Shown: piece after piece, positions 1 through 8,641 of the stretch | How positions within the stretch are numbered: position 1 is the stretch's first letter | How the letters are laid out: each line of letters starts with the position of its first letter | Assembly (NCBI GenBank): GCA_963846335.1 | Contig: CAWJVS010000020.1 | Span: 30,238 to 94,237, forward strand | Direction of reading: 5' to 3' | Length of the DNA stretch: 64,000 bases | DNA from: an uncultured Bacteroidales bacterium | GTDB taxonomy: Bacteria > Bacteroidota > Bacteroidia > Bacteroidales > VadinHA17 | Position numbers and translations under genes: made by a program | The notes under the pieces: generated by a model | Told to the model about the DNA's origin: nothing | Databases searched by the model: none | Seen by the model: the letters and a program-made list of their open reading frames with translations, nothing else

Positions 1-56
1 TATATGAGGGTGCATCACAATTCATCAAGTCAGTTGAAAACCTATTAACCTGAGAA

Positions 57-827
57 ATGGACTCACTTAAAAAGTATATACTAACAGCTCTTTTTATCTC
101 ATTATTTTCATATGGGGCTGCCTCACAGGACTCTGGTACCGGAAAATTCAACCAGGGAGTCACCTACTTTTCTGCAGGAAGCTATGAAGAGGCGCTTCAG
201 TCATGGACAGAAATCTATAACACAGGTTACCGATCAGCCAGCCTGTGCTACAATATCGGGAATGCCTGGTTTAAGCTTGACAATATTCCCCAGGCAATTC
301 TTTTCTACGAGCGGGCTTACCTCCTAAAGCCTGCCGATGAAGATATCAACTACAACCTTCAGATTGCTCGTACACTCATTGTGGACAGGTTTCAGGAGAT
401 ACCCGAACTTTTCTTTGTCAGATGGTATAATTTTGTCTCTCTGATTCTATCCTCCAATAGCTGGGCTCGGATTAGCATCACCTCCTTTATCCTGTCGCTC
501 TTATTCCTGTCGCTTTATATTTATTCTTCAAAATATCGCCGTAAAGTTGTCGGCTTCTGGTTTGCTGTCGCATTATTTGTTCTGACGATCGGATCATTGG
601 TATTTTCTGTCAGAAATAAATATTTGGTCTACGACAGCCACAAGGCGATTATAACCGCTCCGATGATCAGCGGCAAGAGTTCACCTGACAGCAGCGGTAC
701 CGACTTGTTTGTTTTGCATGAGGGTACAAAAGTCACTGTTGAAGATGAAGTCGGAGATTGGCTCGAAATAAGGCTTTCAGATGGAAATAAGGGATGGGTG
801 CCATTAAACAGTCTGGACATAATTTAA
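57..827 (+). CDS. batE: BatE-like membrane protein (signal peptide, TPR repeats, TM segments, C-terminal SH3-type domain)
   Basis: 256-aa ORF with a hydrophobic leader. TPR-like AWFKLDNIPQAILFYERAYLLKPADEDINYNL. Hydrophobic ISITSFILSLLFLSLYIY and FWFAVALFVLTIGSLVF. C-terminal GTKVTVEDEVGDWLEIRLSDGNKGWVP resembles a bacterial SH3 domain. The architecture matches the last gene of the Bacteroides bat operon. Confidence 0.6.
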   Translation: MDSLKKYILTALFISLFSYGAASQDSGTGKFNQGVTYFSAGSYEEALQSWTEIYNTGYRSASLCYNIGNAWFKLDNIPQAILFYERAYLLKPADEDINYNLQIARTLIVDRFQEIPELFFVRWYNFVSLILSSNSWARISITSFILSLLFLSLYIYSSKYRRKVVGFWFAVALFVLTIGSLVFSVRNKYLVYDSHKAIITAPMISGKSSPDSSGTDLFVLHEGTKVTVEDEVGDWLEIRLSDGNKGWVPLNSLDII

Positions 828-952
828 CCGATTGCATCTTTTCTCTAAATTTCAGCTCAGTTTATTCAATTCGTATTCTCTGATATTAATTAAAAGGCAA
901 ATTCTTCTGTTCATTTAGCAGTCGATGTGTTACCTTTAAAAGAGGCCGGAAA

Positions 953-2134
953 ATGAAAAAGAAAGAGGTTAATAGTGCACGCATGCCTGTGTACAGAGAT
1001 GCAGGTTTTGAGCTTTTCGATGCAGCTGAAACAGAATCAGCCTTCAAAAATGAAACAAACCATGTAAGAGATCCTGATCATTTCATATATTCCCGGTACA
1101 GGAATCCAACTGTTGTTTCGGCCGAAGATGAGATAATGAAGCTGGAGCAGTGCGGCTGGGCTCTCCTTACCCAGACAGGTATGTCTGCCATAGATACTGC
1201 AACCTCAGTCTTCCACAAAGGCAAAAACACCAAACCATGGCTATTCTTTTCGGAGATATATGGCGGCACAATCTCATTTATTGAATCCGTTTTGAAGGTG
1301 CGAAGAGGTCTGAATATCGAATATTTTCCAGCTGAAAACGGCTCTTATGACCTTGATAAACTCGAGAAAATTCTTGCCAGGCTGAATCCTTCAGTAGTGT
1401 ATATTGAGACTATTTCCAACCCGATGCTTATTGTTGCCAACATCACTGAGATAATTAAGATCGTACAAAAATATGGCTCCAAAGTAATTGTAGATAATAC
1501 TTTTGCGACCCCATGGCTTTACAGACCTCTTGAAGAGGGTGCAGATATTGTTATTCACAGTGCAACCAAATACTTATCAGGACATGGAAACCTCACCGCA
1601 GGAGTTATCTGCGGCAATGATAGAATCATTATGCAGGAGGCAATTGAGTACCGGAAATTTGTCGGTCATATGCTCAGTCCTGATGATGCCTACCGGTTGC
1701 AGACACAAATCCAGTCATTTAACTTACGATTCGGACGGCAGTGCAGTAATGCATTAAGTCTTGCCACTTATATTGAGAACAGACCCCTGATAAGAAAAGT
1801 ATGGTATCCGGGGTTGAAAAGTCATTCAACCCATAATATTGCTGAAAAGCTTTTCCGGAGGAAAGGCTACGGCGGGATGATTACTTTTGATTTTGACGGG
1901 AAGGATATGGCAGAAAAGAGGATCCGCAGGGATAAATTCATAAGCCTTGTTTCGGAAAAAATTAAACTCATCCCGACTCTCGGTGATCCCCATACTATTC
2001 TGATGCCTGTTGAAGCAGTATGGGGAGCAAAGTATCCCGAACCAGGTATGATAAGATTATCAGCAGGTTTTGAAGAATACTCCGAACTTGAATCCACTAT
2101 TTCTATGGCTCTTGATAAAATGAGCTGGTTTTAA
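953..2134 (+). CDS. Cys/Met-metabolism PLP-dependent enzyme (cystathionine gamma-synthase/beta-lyase/methionine gamma-lyase family)
   Basis: 393-aa ORF. YSRYRNPT motif, GMSAI, and SATKYLSGHG (PLP-lysine context) are typical of the trans-sulfuration family. Exact specificity cannot be assigned by eye. Confidence 0.75.
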   Translation: MKKKEVNSARMPVYRDAGFELFDAAETESAFKNETNHVRDPDHFIYSRYRNPTVVSAEDEIMKLEQCGWALLTQTGMSAIDTATSVFHKGKNTKPWLFFSEIYGGTISFIESVLKVRRGLNIEYFPAENGSYDLDKLEKILARLNPSVVYIETISNPMLIVANITEIIKIVQKYGSKVIVDNTFATPWLYRPLEEGADIVIHSATKYLSGHGNLTAGVICGNDRIIMQEAIEYRKFVGHMLSPDDAYRLQTQIQSFNLRFGRQCSNALSLATYIENRPLIRKVWYPGLKSHSTHNIAEKLFRRKGYGGMITFDFDGKDMAEKRIRRDKFISLVSEKIKLIPTLGDPHTILMPVEAVWGAKYPEPGMIRLSAGFEEYSELESTISMALDKMSWF

Positions 2135-2153
2135 TTGAGATTCCTTATATAAA

Positions 2154-2191
2154 CTCCGTGTCTTACTCCGTGCAGCTCCGTGTCCTCCGTG
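2154..2191. repeat. Four copies of heptamer CTCCGTG (starts 2154, 2166, 2176, 2185) followed by an A10 run
   Basis: Read directly in the convergent spacer between the PLP-enzyme stop (2134) and the ung stop (2257). On the minus strand the copies read (A/G/C)CACGGAG. Confidence 0.9.
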
Positions 2192-2256
2192 GTAAAAAAA
2201 AAAGTTACATACAGAGGTAGATTTATAAGGATAGAGGTAAATAGTATTATCTGAGA

Positions 2257-2922
2257 TCAATGCCAGTCAATATTAGCTAAACCTTTATCAGTCAGATATT
2301 CATTGCATCTGCTGAAGTGCCTGTTCCCAAAGAATCCTCTCGGGGCGGAGAGGGGAGAGGGGTGAACTGACTCAAGCACCATGTGCTTCGATCTGTCAAT
2401 ACTTTCCCCTTTTTTCTGAGCATACGCTCCCCAAAGAAAAAAGACAGTATTGTGCTTTTCGGTATTGATTATGCGTATAACGGCATCAGTAAATTCTTCC
2501 CATCCTTTTCTTTGATGCGATCCTGCCTGATGAGCCCTGACAGTAAGTGTAGCATTCAGGAGCAGCACACCCTGCCTGGCCCAACGTTCCAGATTTCCTG
2601 AAACAGGCTTCTTATATCCGAGATCCAGTTCAATCTCCTTGAAAATATTTATCAGGCTAGGAGGAAAACCCACACCATCCCTCACTGAAAAGCATAATCC
2701 ATGAGCCTGACCCGGACCATGATATGGATCTTGTCCGATTAGGACAGCCTTTATATTTTCAAAAGGACAAAGATTGAAAGCATTGAAAATCAGCGATGCC
2801 GGGGGATAGATAGTATTTACTCTGTATTCCTCCCTTACAAATTCAGCCAGTCGGATGAAGTAATCCTTGTTGAACTCCTCCTTCAATTTTGATTTCCAGG
2901 TTTCATCAATCTTTACATCCAT
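2257..2922 (-). CDS. ung: Uracil-DNA glycosylase (family 1)
   Basis: 221 aa. Contains GQDPYHGPGQAHGLCFSV and the C-terminal HPSPLS motif, which are diagnostic for UNG. Confidence 0.95.
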   Translation of the reverse strand: MDVKIDETWKSKLKEEFNKDYFIRLAEFVREEYRVNTIYPPASLIFNAFNLCPFENIKAVLIGQDPYHGPGQAHGLCFSVRDGVGFPPSLINIFKEIELDLGYKKPVSGNLERWARQGVLLLNATLTVRAHQAGSHQRKGWEEFTDAVIRIINTEKHNTVFFLWGAYAQKKGESIDRSKHMVLESVHPSPLSAPRGFFGNRHFSRCNEYLTDKGLANIDWH

Positions 2923-3001
2923 ATAAAAGGTATTATGGTTCTGGAGTATTTCCGTGACGCTAAAGTAATAAAATTGTATTATTATTAACTTTACAATAAA
3001 A

Positions 3002-3451
3002 ATGGCAACCGAGACAGAACGTAAGTTCCTTGTTAAAGGAGAATTCAGGCACCTGGCCGTCCGGCAGATTATAATAAATCAAGCCTACCTCTTAAAAGAT
3101 CCCTATAAAACCATAAGACTCAGGATCACAGAAGATAAGGCTTATCTGACTATAAAGACCCCTCTGACTCAGGAAACAATTGCCAGGAACGAATGGGAAT
3201 ATCAGATCCCGCTTGATGATGCTGACGAGATAATGAAAATATGCCTTCCTGGTAAAGTTTATAAAACAAGATATATTGTTCCGTCAGGCAGACATACCTT
3301 TGAGGTTGATGTATTTCACGATAAAAATGAGGGTCTGGTAATTGCAGAGCTGGAGCTCGGTTCTGAGGACGAACAGTTTGATATTCCTGACTGGCTTGGC
3401 TCAGAAGTTACCGGCAACCCGGCCTATTATAATTCAAACCTCGCAAAATAG
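3002..3451 (+). CDS. CYTH-domain protein (triphosphate tunnel metalloenzyme)
   Basis: 149 aa. N-terminal ETERKFLV (ExExK signature) and later EVDVF/ELE acidic strands, typical of the CYTH/CyaB-ThTPase fold. Confidence 0.8.
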   Translation: MATETERKFLVKGEFRHLAVRQIIINQAYLLKDPYKTIRLRITEDKAYLTIKTPLTQETIARNEWEYQIPLDDADEIMKICLPGKVYKTRYIVPSGRHTFEVDVFHDKNEGLVIAELELGSEDEQFDIPDWLGSEVTGNPAYYNSNLAK

Positions 3452-3483
3452 ATTTACTTTTGTATTAAATCCTTTTATGCCAG

Positions 3484-4446
3484 TTAGTTTAAATCACTGA
3501 TTATCCTTTCCAGAACATCCGTAAAAGCATAACCGGCCTGTCTGGTAGCTGCTACAAACCCTCCGTCGGGGGAGATGCATGGATTTGCATTGATTTCAAT
3601 GACGAAGATATTGCCATTGCTGTCCGCCCTGACATCTACCCGGGCATAGCCTTTTAGTCCGAACAGGTGCCAGCACTCTCTGGCAGTTTCCCTGAGCCTT
3701 CTGACAAATCCGGGGTCAAGACTTGATCCCGGAAATTCCCTCACGGTATTTTCGAACTCGAAGGTGTCCATTTCCCATTTTGCCTTGAAATCAACTATTC
3801 TGGGCCTGGAGTCATCAAAATCCCTGAAAACAATTTCTGCCGGCGGAAGTACTTCCGGTCCCTCTTTCCCTGCCAGCACGCTCATATTATATTCACGGCC
3901 ATCAATAAAATCTTCAATAAACCAGTGCTTATCATCCTTCCCTTTAAGTTTTTCCTCGAAACCCTCTGTGCAGTCAAAGACTGAATCGGCAGTTATGCCG
4001 AGAGATCCATCTTCCCAGATTGGCTTAACGATATATCTGTGACCCGGTTTCAGCAGGCTTATATCTGATGGTTTATATGCTGCCGGATTATTAATCCCGG
4101 CTTCTTTCATCATCCTGCTCGCAATAGTTTTATTTGTTGTAAGAAAAATAGCTTCAAGTGAATTTCCTGAATATGGGATGCCATACATATTAAGAAGAGC
4201 AGGAATAAAATAATTAAGCTCTCCCTTATTTTTGATTGATTCAACGAGATTGAAAACAAAATCAGGTTTTTCTTCCGCAAGGACTGAGATTTCTTTCATG
4301 AAGTTTTCAGTGATGCCCTTCCGGGAGACATTTATTCCCATTTCGATAAGATACTTCTCGATATGGGAAACCTGGTCAAGTACGTCGAGTTCATCCTCCA
4401 GAGCTCCGGGGAGTGGCTCATTATAAATAATACAGCATTTTTTCAT
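3484..4446 (-). CDS. ATP-grasp ligase, D-alanine--D-alanine-ligase-like
   Basis: 320 aa with a Ddl-like layout. N-terminal Rossmann-like half, then KP..EDGS.GI, ARVDVR and FVIEINANPCI (ATP-grasp Mg/ATP loop). Overlaps the upstream gene by 4 nt (4443-4446). Confidence 0.75.
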   Translation of the reverse strand: MKKCCIIYNEPLPGALEDELDVLDQVSHIEKYLIEMGINVSRKGITENFMKEISVLAEEKPDFVFNLVESIKNKGELNYFIPALLNMYGIPYSGNSLEAIFLTTNKTIASRMMKEAGINNPAAYKPSDISLLKPGHRYIVKPIWEDGSLGITADSVFDCTEGFEEKLKGKDDKHWFIEDFIDGREYNMSVLAGKEGPEVLPPAEIVFRDFDDSRPRIVDFKAKWEMDTFEFENTVREFPGSSLDPGFVRRLRETARECWHLFGLKGYARVDVRADSNGNIFVIEINANPCISPDGGFVAATRQAGYAFTDVLERIISDLN

Positions 4447-5423
4447 AACTGTCGCACACCGTTTATCCTCCTGGTTGCCGCATCCATAATCATTTCCATA
4501 AGTTTCTGGTATTCAATTCCGTACATTCTGGCCAGGATTGGAAGATCAGAGTGGACAGGGTTTAGTCCGGCCAGCGGATTTGCCTCGATAAAGCATATTC
4601 TTCCATGGCGGTCTGCCTTAAGATCAATTCTTCCGGCATCCACAGCTTCAAGGGCTTTCCAGGCTCTGAGCGCCACCATTTTGCATTCATCGGCAATACC
4701 GGCATCAAGAGGAGTATATTTGCAATAATTCTGATAATTTTCCTTTACTTCGACAGAGTAGGGCAGGTTATCCGCACAAATCACCTCCATACCTCCTATG
4801 GCTATTGCATCGTCACCGGTGCCTACTATACCGACAGTGAATTCCCTTCCGGGCAGATACTCTTCAACAAGGGCAGGCTGCCTGAATTCCTGCAAAATCC
4901 ATTCTACCATCACTCTGAGCTCAGCTGCACTCTTCACCAGGCTCTTTTCTGTTATCCCCTTGCCTGTTCCTTCAGATACAGGTTTTACGAAAAGAGGGTA
5001 GGTTAAACCGGTTTTGTCTGATTCATCAGGTTTTGTAACCAGAAGTCCCGGGCTTACAGGAACTCCTGCAGCAGAAACAACTAGCTTTGCAAGGTGTTTG
5101 TTGAGGGAAATTCCCATAATGACAGGGCCACTGAATACGTAAGGAATTTTATACTGATCAAGAATGGCAGGAACAACTGATTCTCTTCCGTCCCCGTATA
5201 AACCCTCAGCAATATTGAAAACAATATCCCATCTTTTACCTGCAGCAAGAGCCTCAATCAGCTGGAAAGCATTCCCTATGGGGTCAGTCTCATGGCCCAT
5301 CTCCTTAAGTGAATTTTCCAGGGCATCAACTGTTTCCTGCTTGTCAAATTCGGCAGTTTCATCCAAAGAATACCCCCGGTCAGTATACCATGACCGCAGA
5401 TCAAATGTCAATCCAACTTTCAT
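4443..5423 (-). CDS. ATP-grasp ligase, D-alanine--D-alanine-ligase-like (paralog of 3484..4446)
   Basis: 326 aa. Motifs YPLFVKPVSEGTGKGI, VEEYLPGREFTVGIVG and GRIDLKADRHGRICFIEANPLAGL. Lies 9 nt downstream of the KamA-like gene. Confidence 0.75.
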   Translation of the reverse strand: MKVGLTFDLRSWYTDRGYSLDETAEFDKQETVDALENSLKEMGHETDPIGNAFQLIEALAAGKRWDIVFNIAEGLYGDGRESVVPAILDQYKIPYVFSGPVIMGISLNKHLAKLVVSAAGVPVSPGLLVTKPDESDKTGLTYPLFVKPVSEGTGKGITEKSLVKSAAELRVMVEWILQEFRQPALVEEYLPGREFTVGIVGTGDDAIAIGGMEVICADNLPYSVEVKENYQNYCKYTPLDAGIADECKMVALRAWKALEAVDAGRIDLKADRHGRICFIEANPLAGLNPVHSDLPILARMYGIEYQKLMEMIMDAATRRINGVRQL

Positions 5424-5432
5424 TTATCAGCC

Positions 5433-6278
5433 TTATTTTTCAGGATATTCGCACAACACACCCTTATAGTTTCTCATCACAATCCGTTCCTCGTTATGCT
5501 CTACCACATAATCAGGCAGCAAAGGAATTTTCCCTCCTCCGCCGGGAGCATCAACAACAAAAGTAGGCACAGCATATCCGCTTGTGAAGCCTCTGAGCCC
5601 CCTGATAATCTCAAGACCTTTCCTGACAGTCGTCCTGAAATGGGATGATCCTGGTATTAAGTCACACTGATACAGGTAATAAGGCCTGACTCTTATCTTC
5701 AGTAACCTGTGCATAAGTTCCTTCATTACAGGTACATTATCATTGATGCCCTTAAGCAGGACTGTTTGACTTCCAAGAGGAAACCCGCCATCAGCAAGCT
5801 TGATGCATGCCTTCGCACATTCATCAGTAATTTCTGAAGGATGAGAGAAGTGCAGACTGATGAAAACAGGGTGATATTTCCTGAGAACGCTAATAAGATT
5901 ATCGGTGATTCTCTGTGGCAGAACAACTGGGATTCTGGTCCCTATCCTTATTATCTCAACATGCGGAATGCTCCTTATATTGGACAGTATGTAGTCGAGC
6001 GTATCGTCTGTCAGTGTCAGAGGATCACCACCGCTTATCAGCACATCTCTGACTTCCTTATGTGCTGCAATATAGCTGAATGCTTTTTCAAAATCCTGTC
6101 TTCCGAGCTTATCAAGCCTGCCGACTGAATGAGAGCGGGTACAATACCGGCAATAATTTGAACAGACCTGTGTTACCGTGAACAAAACTCTGTCAGGATA
6201 CCTGTGTACAATACCTTTTACAGGAGAAAATGATTTCTCATGAAGAGGATCAGACTGCTCTGTAGTATGCTGCAACAA
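5433..6278 (-). CDS. Lysine 2,3-aminomutase-like radical SAM enzyme, C-terminal 281-aa fragment (frame-disrupted gene)
   Basis: HRYPDRVLFTVTQVCSNYCRYCTRS holds the CxxxCxxC radical-SAM motif in KamA context. GGDPL and a C-terminal VVDAPGGGGK are also present. The reading frame continues upstream of the Met as RRNVIPVVEELLQH. Confidence 0.85.
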   Translation of the reverse strand: MLQHTTEQSDPLHEKSFSPVKGIVHRYPDRVLFTVTQVCSNYCRYCTRSHSVGRLDKLGRQDFEKAFSYIAAHKEVRDVLISGGDPLTLTDDTLDYILSNIRSIPHVEIIRIGTRIPVVLPQRITDNLISVLRKYHPVFISLHFSHPSEITDECAKACIKLADGGFPLGSQTVLLKGINDNVPVMKELMHRLLKIRVRPYYLYQCDLIPGSSHFRTTVRKGLEIIRGLRGFTSGYAVPTFVVDAPGGGGKIPLLPDYVVEHNEERIVMRNYKGVLCEYPEK

Positions 6279-6300
6279 CTCTTCAACAACCGGAATGACA

Positions 6301-6675
6301 TTACGCCTGCAGCGGATCTGAATATTTGGACCTGTAAATCAGTGAGGCAAAATAGGGAGTTATCCGAAGCGGAAGACGGCCTTTTAGATTATTAATAGCC
6401 ATTATCTCCTTATCGGATAATTTCATGATTTTCTTTAGATCTTCGATGCTTGTGAAAGCATTCCGAAGCTGCCATTTCCAATCATTCCAGGATTCGATAG
6501 TTGTTAGGGGGAAGTAGCGGTGCATGAACTCCGAACTTCGGTTGCTAACTAACTGATTTGGGATTTCGTTTTGCGAAAAAATCGTGGTTTTCGCGCCAGG
6601 CTCTTCATCAGAAGAGCAACCCACGAGGCGACTCTCTCCATGGAGTGTCGTAGCCTCATTATTGTTAGCGTTCAT
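6301..6675 (-). CDS. Lysine 2,3-aminomutase-like enzyme, N-terminal 124-aa fragment
   Basis: WNDWKWQLRNAF and LRITPYFASLI match the KamA N-terminus. The fragment ends ...SDPLQA*, whereas the +1 frame reads RRNVIP, joining the 5433..6278 fragment. This implies one extra nucleotide near 6290-6300. Confidence 0.8.
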   Translation of the reverse strand: MNANNNEATTLHGESRLVGCSSDEEPGAKTTIFSQNEIPNQLVSNRSSEFMHRYFPLTTIESWNDWKWQLRNAFTSIEDLKKIMKLSDKEIMAINNLKGRLPLRITPYFASLIYRSKYSDPLQA

Positions 6676-7158
6676 AGCAGATGATGAGAATTTTCACCTT
6701 TTCGATTTAATTGTTTTTTAAATTAATACTTGGTTTCCATAAAATATTTCGACGAAAATAAATAATCTATAAATACATTGTATCATTCGACCATCAATAA
6801 TATTAACACAATCTGCATTTTATTAACAGTCATTTTATTAGTCTTAAAAATACAGTATCGTATATCATTGATAACATGTGTCTTGCGAAAACATTCCAGT
6901 ACAAAACAAAGTAAATGTTGAATGGTATTTTTTTGACATCTTACTTTCGAACGGCATTTTTATTTTAAAATTGCAATACTCATTAATATATTTAATTTTT
7001 TAAATTCAATTAGTGCATTTCTCAAAAACAGTGCCAGAATTAATTGGCAGATTAATCAGCCTGAGTCTGGCAATTTTGAGATATTTTTATACACTGAATG
7101 AAAAAACACAGATTTAAACAAAATGATTATTCATTTTGTTCAGTATTGAGTTTATAAT

Positions 7159-8583
7159 ATGGATATTCCCAACCTTGTCAACAATAAAAAAAGTTATATA
7201 AAGTCCCTTTTCAGGGATATCGCTGAAGCCGTATCCGGAACGGAACAGGATTTTACGGAGGGACGCATGAGCCGGGCAATCCTTCTTCTTTCCATACCTG
7301 CAGTGCTTGAGATGATAATGGAATCGGTCTTTGTAATTGTGGATATTGCTTTTGTTTCCAGGTTGGGAGCAGATGCTGTTGCAACTGTTGGGATCACAGA
7401 ATCAATGGTGACAATTATTTACGCCATAGCTATCGGTCTGGGAACGGCAACAACCTCATTGGTTTCCCGGCGTATCGGAGAAAAAAATAATGAAGAAGCC
7501 TCCAGGTCAGCCTTTCAGGCTATCCTGACCGGTATTGTAGTCTCACTTATAATTGGTATTCCCGGTGCGTTGTTTGCAAAACGACTGCTCGGGCTTATGG
7601 GCGCCTCAGAGAATATTACCGCTAATATGGCCGGTTATGCAAGGATAATGCTGGGTGGAAATATAGTAATTATGATGCTGTTCATTATCAATGCCATTTT
7701 CAGAAGCGCAGGAGACGCGGCTGTTGCCATGAAAGTGCTGTGGATTGGAAACATCCTCAACATAATTCTTGATCCCTGTCTTATTTTTGGCCTTGGCCCT
7801 TTTCCGCAGTTGGGCGTTACAGGAGCTGCCGTCGCTACTACAATCGGAAGAGGAACTGCCGTCCTCGTGCAGTTTTATCTCCTGTTCTTCGGCAGGAAGC
7901 GCATTCGTCTGTCAATAAAGCATCTTAAGATTGATTTCAGCATTATGCTGAAGCTGCTGAGACTCTCTGTTGGCAGTATCGGGCAAAACCTTATAAGCAC
8001 AACCAGCTGGATAGCACTTGTCAGGATCATTTCAGTTTTCGGAAGCGAAGTAGTGGCCGGCTATACAATAGCAATCCGTATAATCGGGTTTACTTTGCTT
8101 CCTTCGTGGGGTATAAGCAATGCAGCGTCCACACTTGTAGGTCAAAACCTGGGCGCAAAGAAACCCGACAGGGCAGAAAAGGCAGTTTGGGTTACAGGAT
8201 GGGTAAATATGATCCTGCTTGGGATTATCGGTCTGATACTCGCTCTCTTTCCTGATTATTTTATCCGGCTGTTCATTTCAAATGAAAATGTTATAAGATC
8301 AGGAATTCTGGGACTCAGGATAATAAGCTTAGGATTCATTGCCTATGGACTTGGAATGGTACTTGTCAACTCTTTCAACGGAGCAGGTGATACAACGACA
8401 CCTCTAAAAATCAATATATTTGCTTTCTGGATGGTTGAAATACCTCTGGCTTATTTCCTTGCCCTTAAGCTCGGACTGAATGAAACAGGTGTATTTGTAG
8501 CAATTGTCCTGGCAGAAACCCTGATGACATTAACAGCCTGGCTCGTATTCCGGAGGGGAAAATGGAAGCTCAAGGTAGTATAA
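7159..8583 (+). CDS. MATE family efflux transporter
   Basis: 474 aa with about 12 hydrophobic segments. N-terminal LSIPAVLEMIMESVFVIVDIAFVSRLG and a mid-protein repeat of the same pattern, typical of MATE/NorM. Confidence 0.85.
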   Translation: MDIPNLVNNKKSYIKSLFRDIAEAVSGTEQDFTEGRMSRAILLLSIPAVLEMIMESVFVIVDIAFVSRLGADAVATVGITESMVTIIYAIAIGLGTATTSLVSRRIGEKNNEEASRSAFQAILTGIVVSLIIGIPGALFAKRLLGLMGASENITANMAGYARIMLGGNIVIMMLFIINAIFRSAGDAAVAMKVLWIGNILNIILDPCLIFGLGPFPQLGVTGAAVATTIGRGTAVLVQFYLLFFGRKRIRLSIKHLKIDFSIMLKLLRLSVGSIGQNLISTTSWIALVRIISVFGSEVVAGYTIAIRIIGFTLLPSWGISNAASTLVGQNLGAKKPDRAEKAVWVTGWVNMILLGIIGLILALFPDYFIRLFISNENVIRSGILGLRIISLGFIAYGLGMVLVNSFNGAGDTTTPLKINIFAFWMVEIPLAYFLALKLGLNETGVFVAIVLAETLMTLTAWLVFRRGKWKLKVV

Positions 8584-8641
8584 TTACTCTCCGGACACTC
8601 CAAACTTTACTTCACAAATTAGTTATTTAGCTTTAACCATG

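Noticed and set aside
1-56. Possible 3' end of an upstream bat-operon gene at the window edge.
   Set aside because: Fewer than 20 codons are available and no frame can be supported.
6285-6300. Programmed +1 ribosomal frameshifting or recoding as an explanation for the split genes. I noticed an inserted base preceding AGG/AGA codons at the KamA break, at asnB (about 46972) and at the kinase start (about 18385).
   Set aside because: There is no shared slippery heptamer. The P-site codons differ (CTG, GGA, AAA). Other breaks are deletions or homopolymer length changes, and one gene has 10 or more breaks. Indel error or mutation is the simpler explanation. TGA/TAG reassignment would not restore frames.
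3484-6675. Interpreting the KamA-like gene as part of the lysine fermentation pathway, or the ATP-grasp genes as the housekeeping ddl.
   Set aside because: No kamDE, kdd, kce or kal genes are adjacent, and there is no mur/ftsQ cell-wall context. Two paralogous ligases are translationally coupled to the aminomutase, which points to a dedicated pathway.
7030-7080. TGGCA-containing repeats (GTGCCAGAATTAATTGGCAGATTAATCAGC...TCTGGCAATTTTG) as a sigma-54 promoter or NtrC-type enhancer upstream of the MATE gene.
   Set aside because: The GG and GC dinucleotides are not at the required -24/-12 spacing in either candidate. Only a short 5-bp inverted repeat remains.
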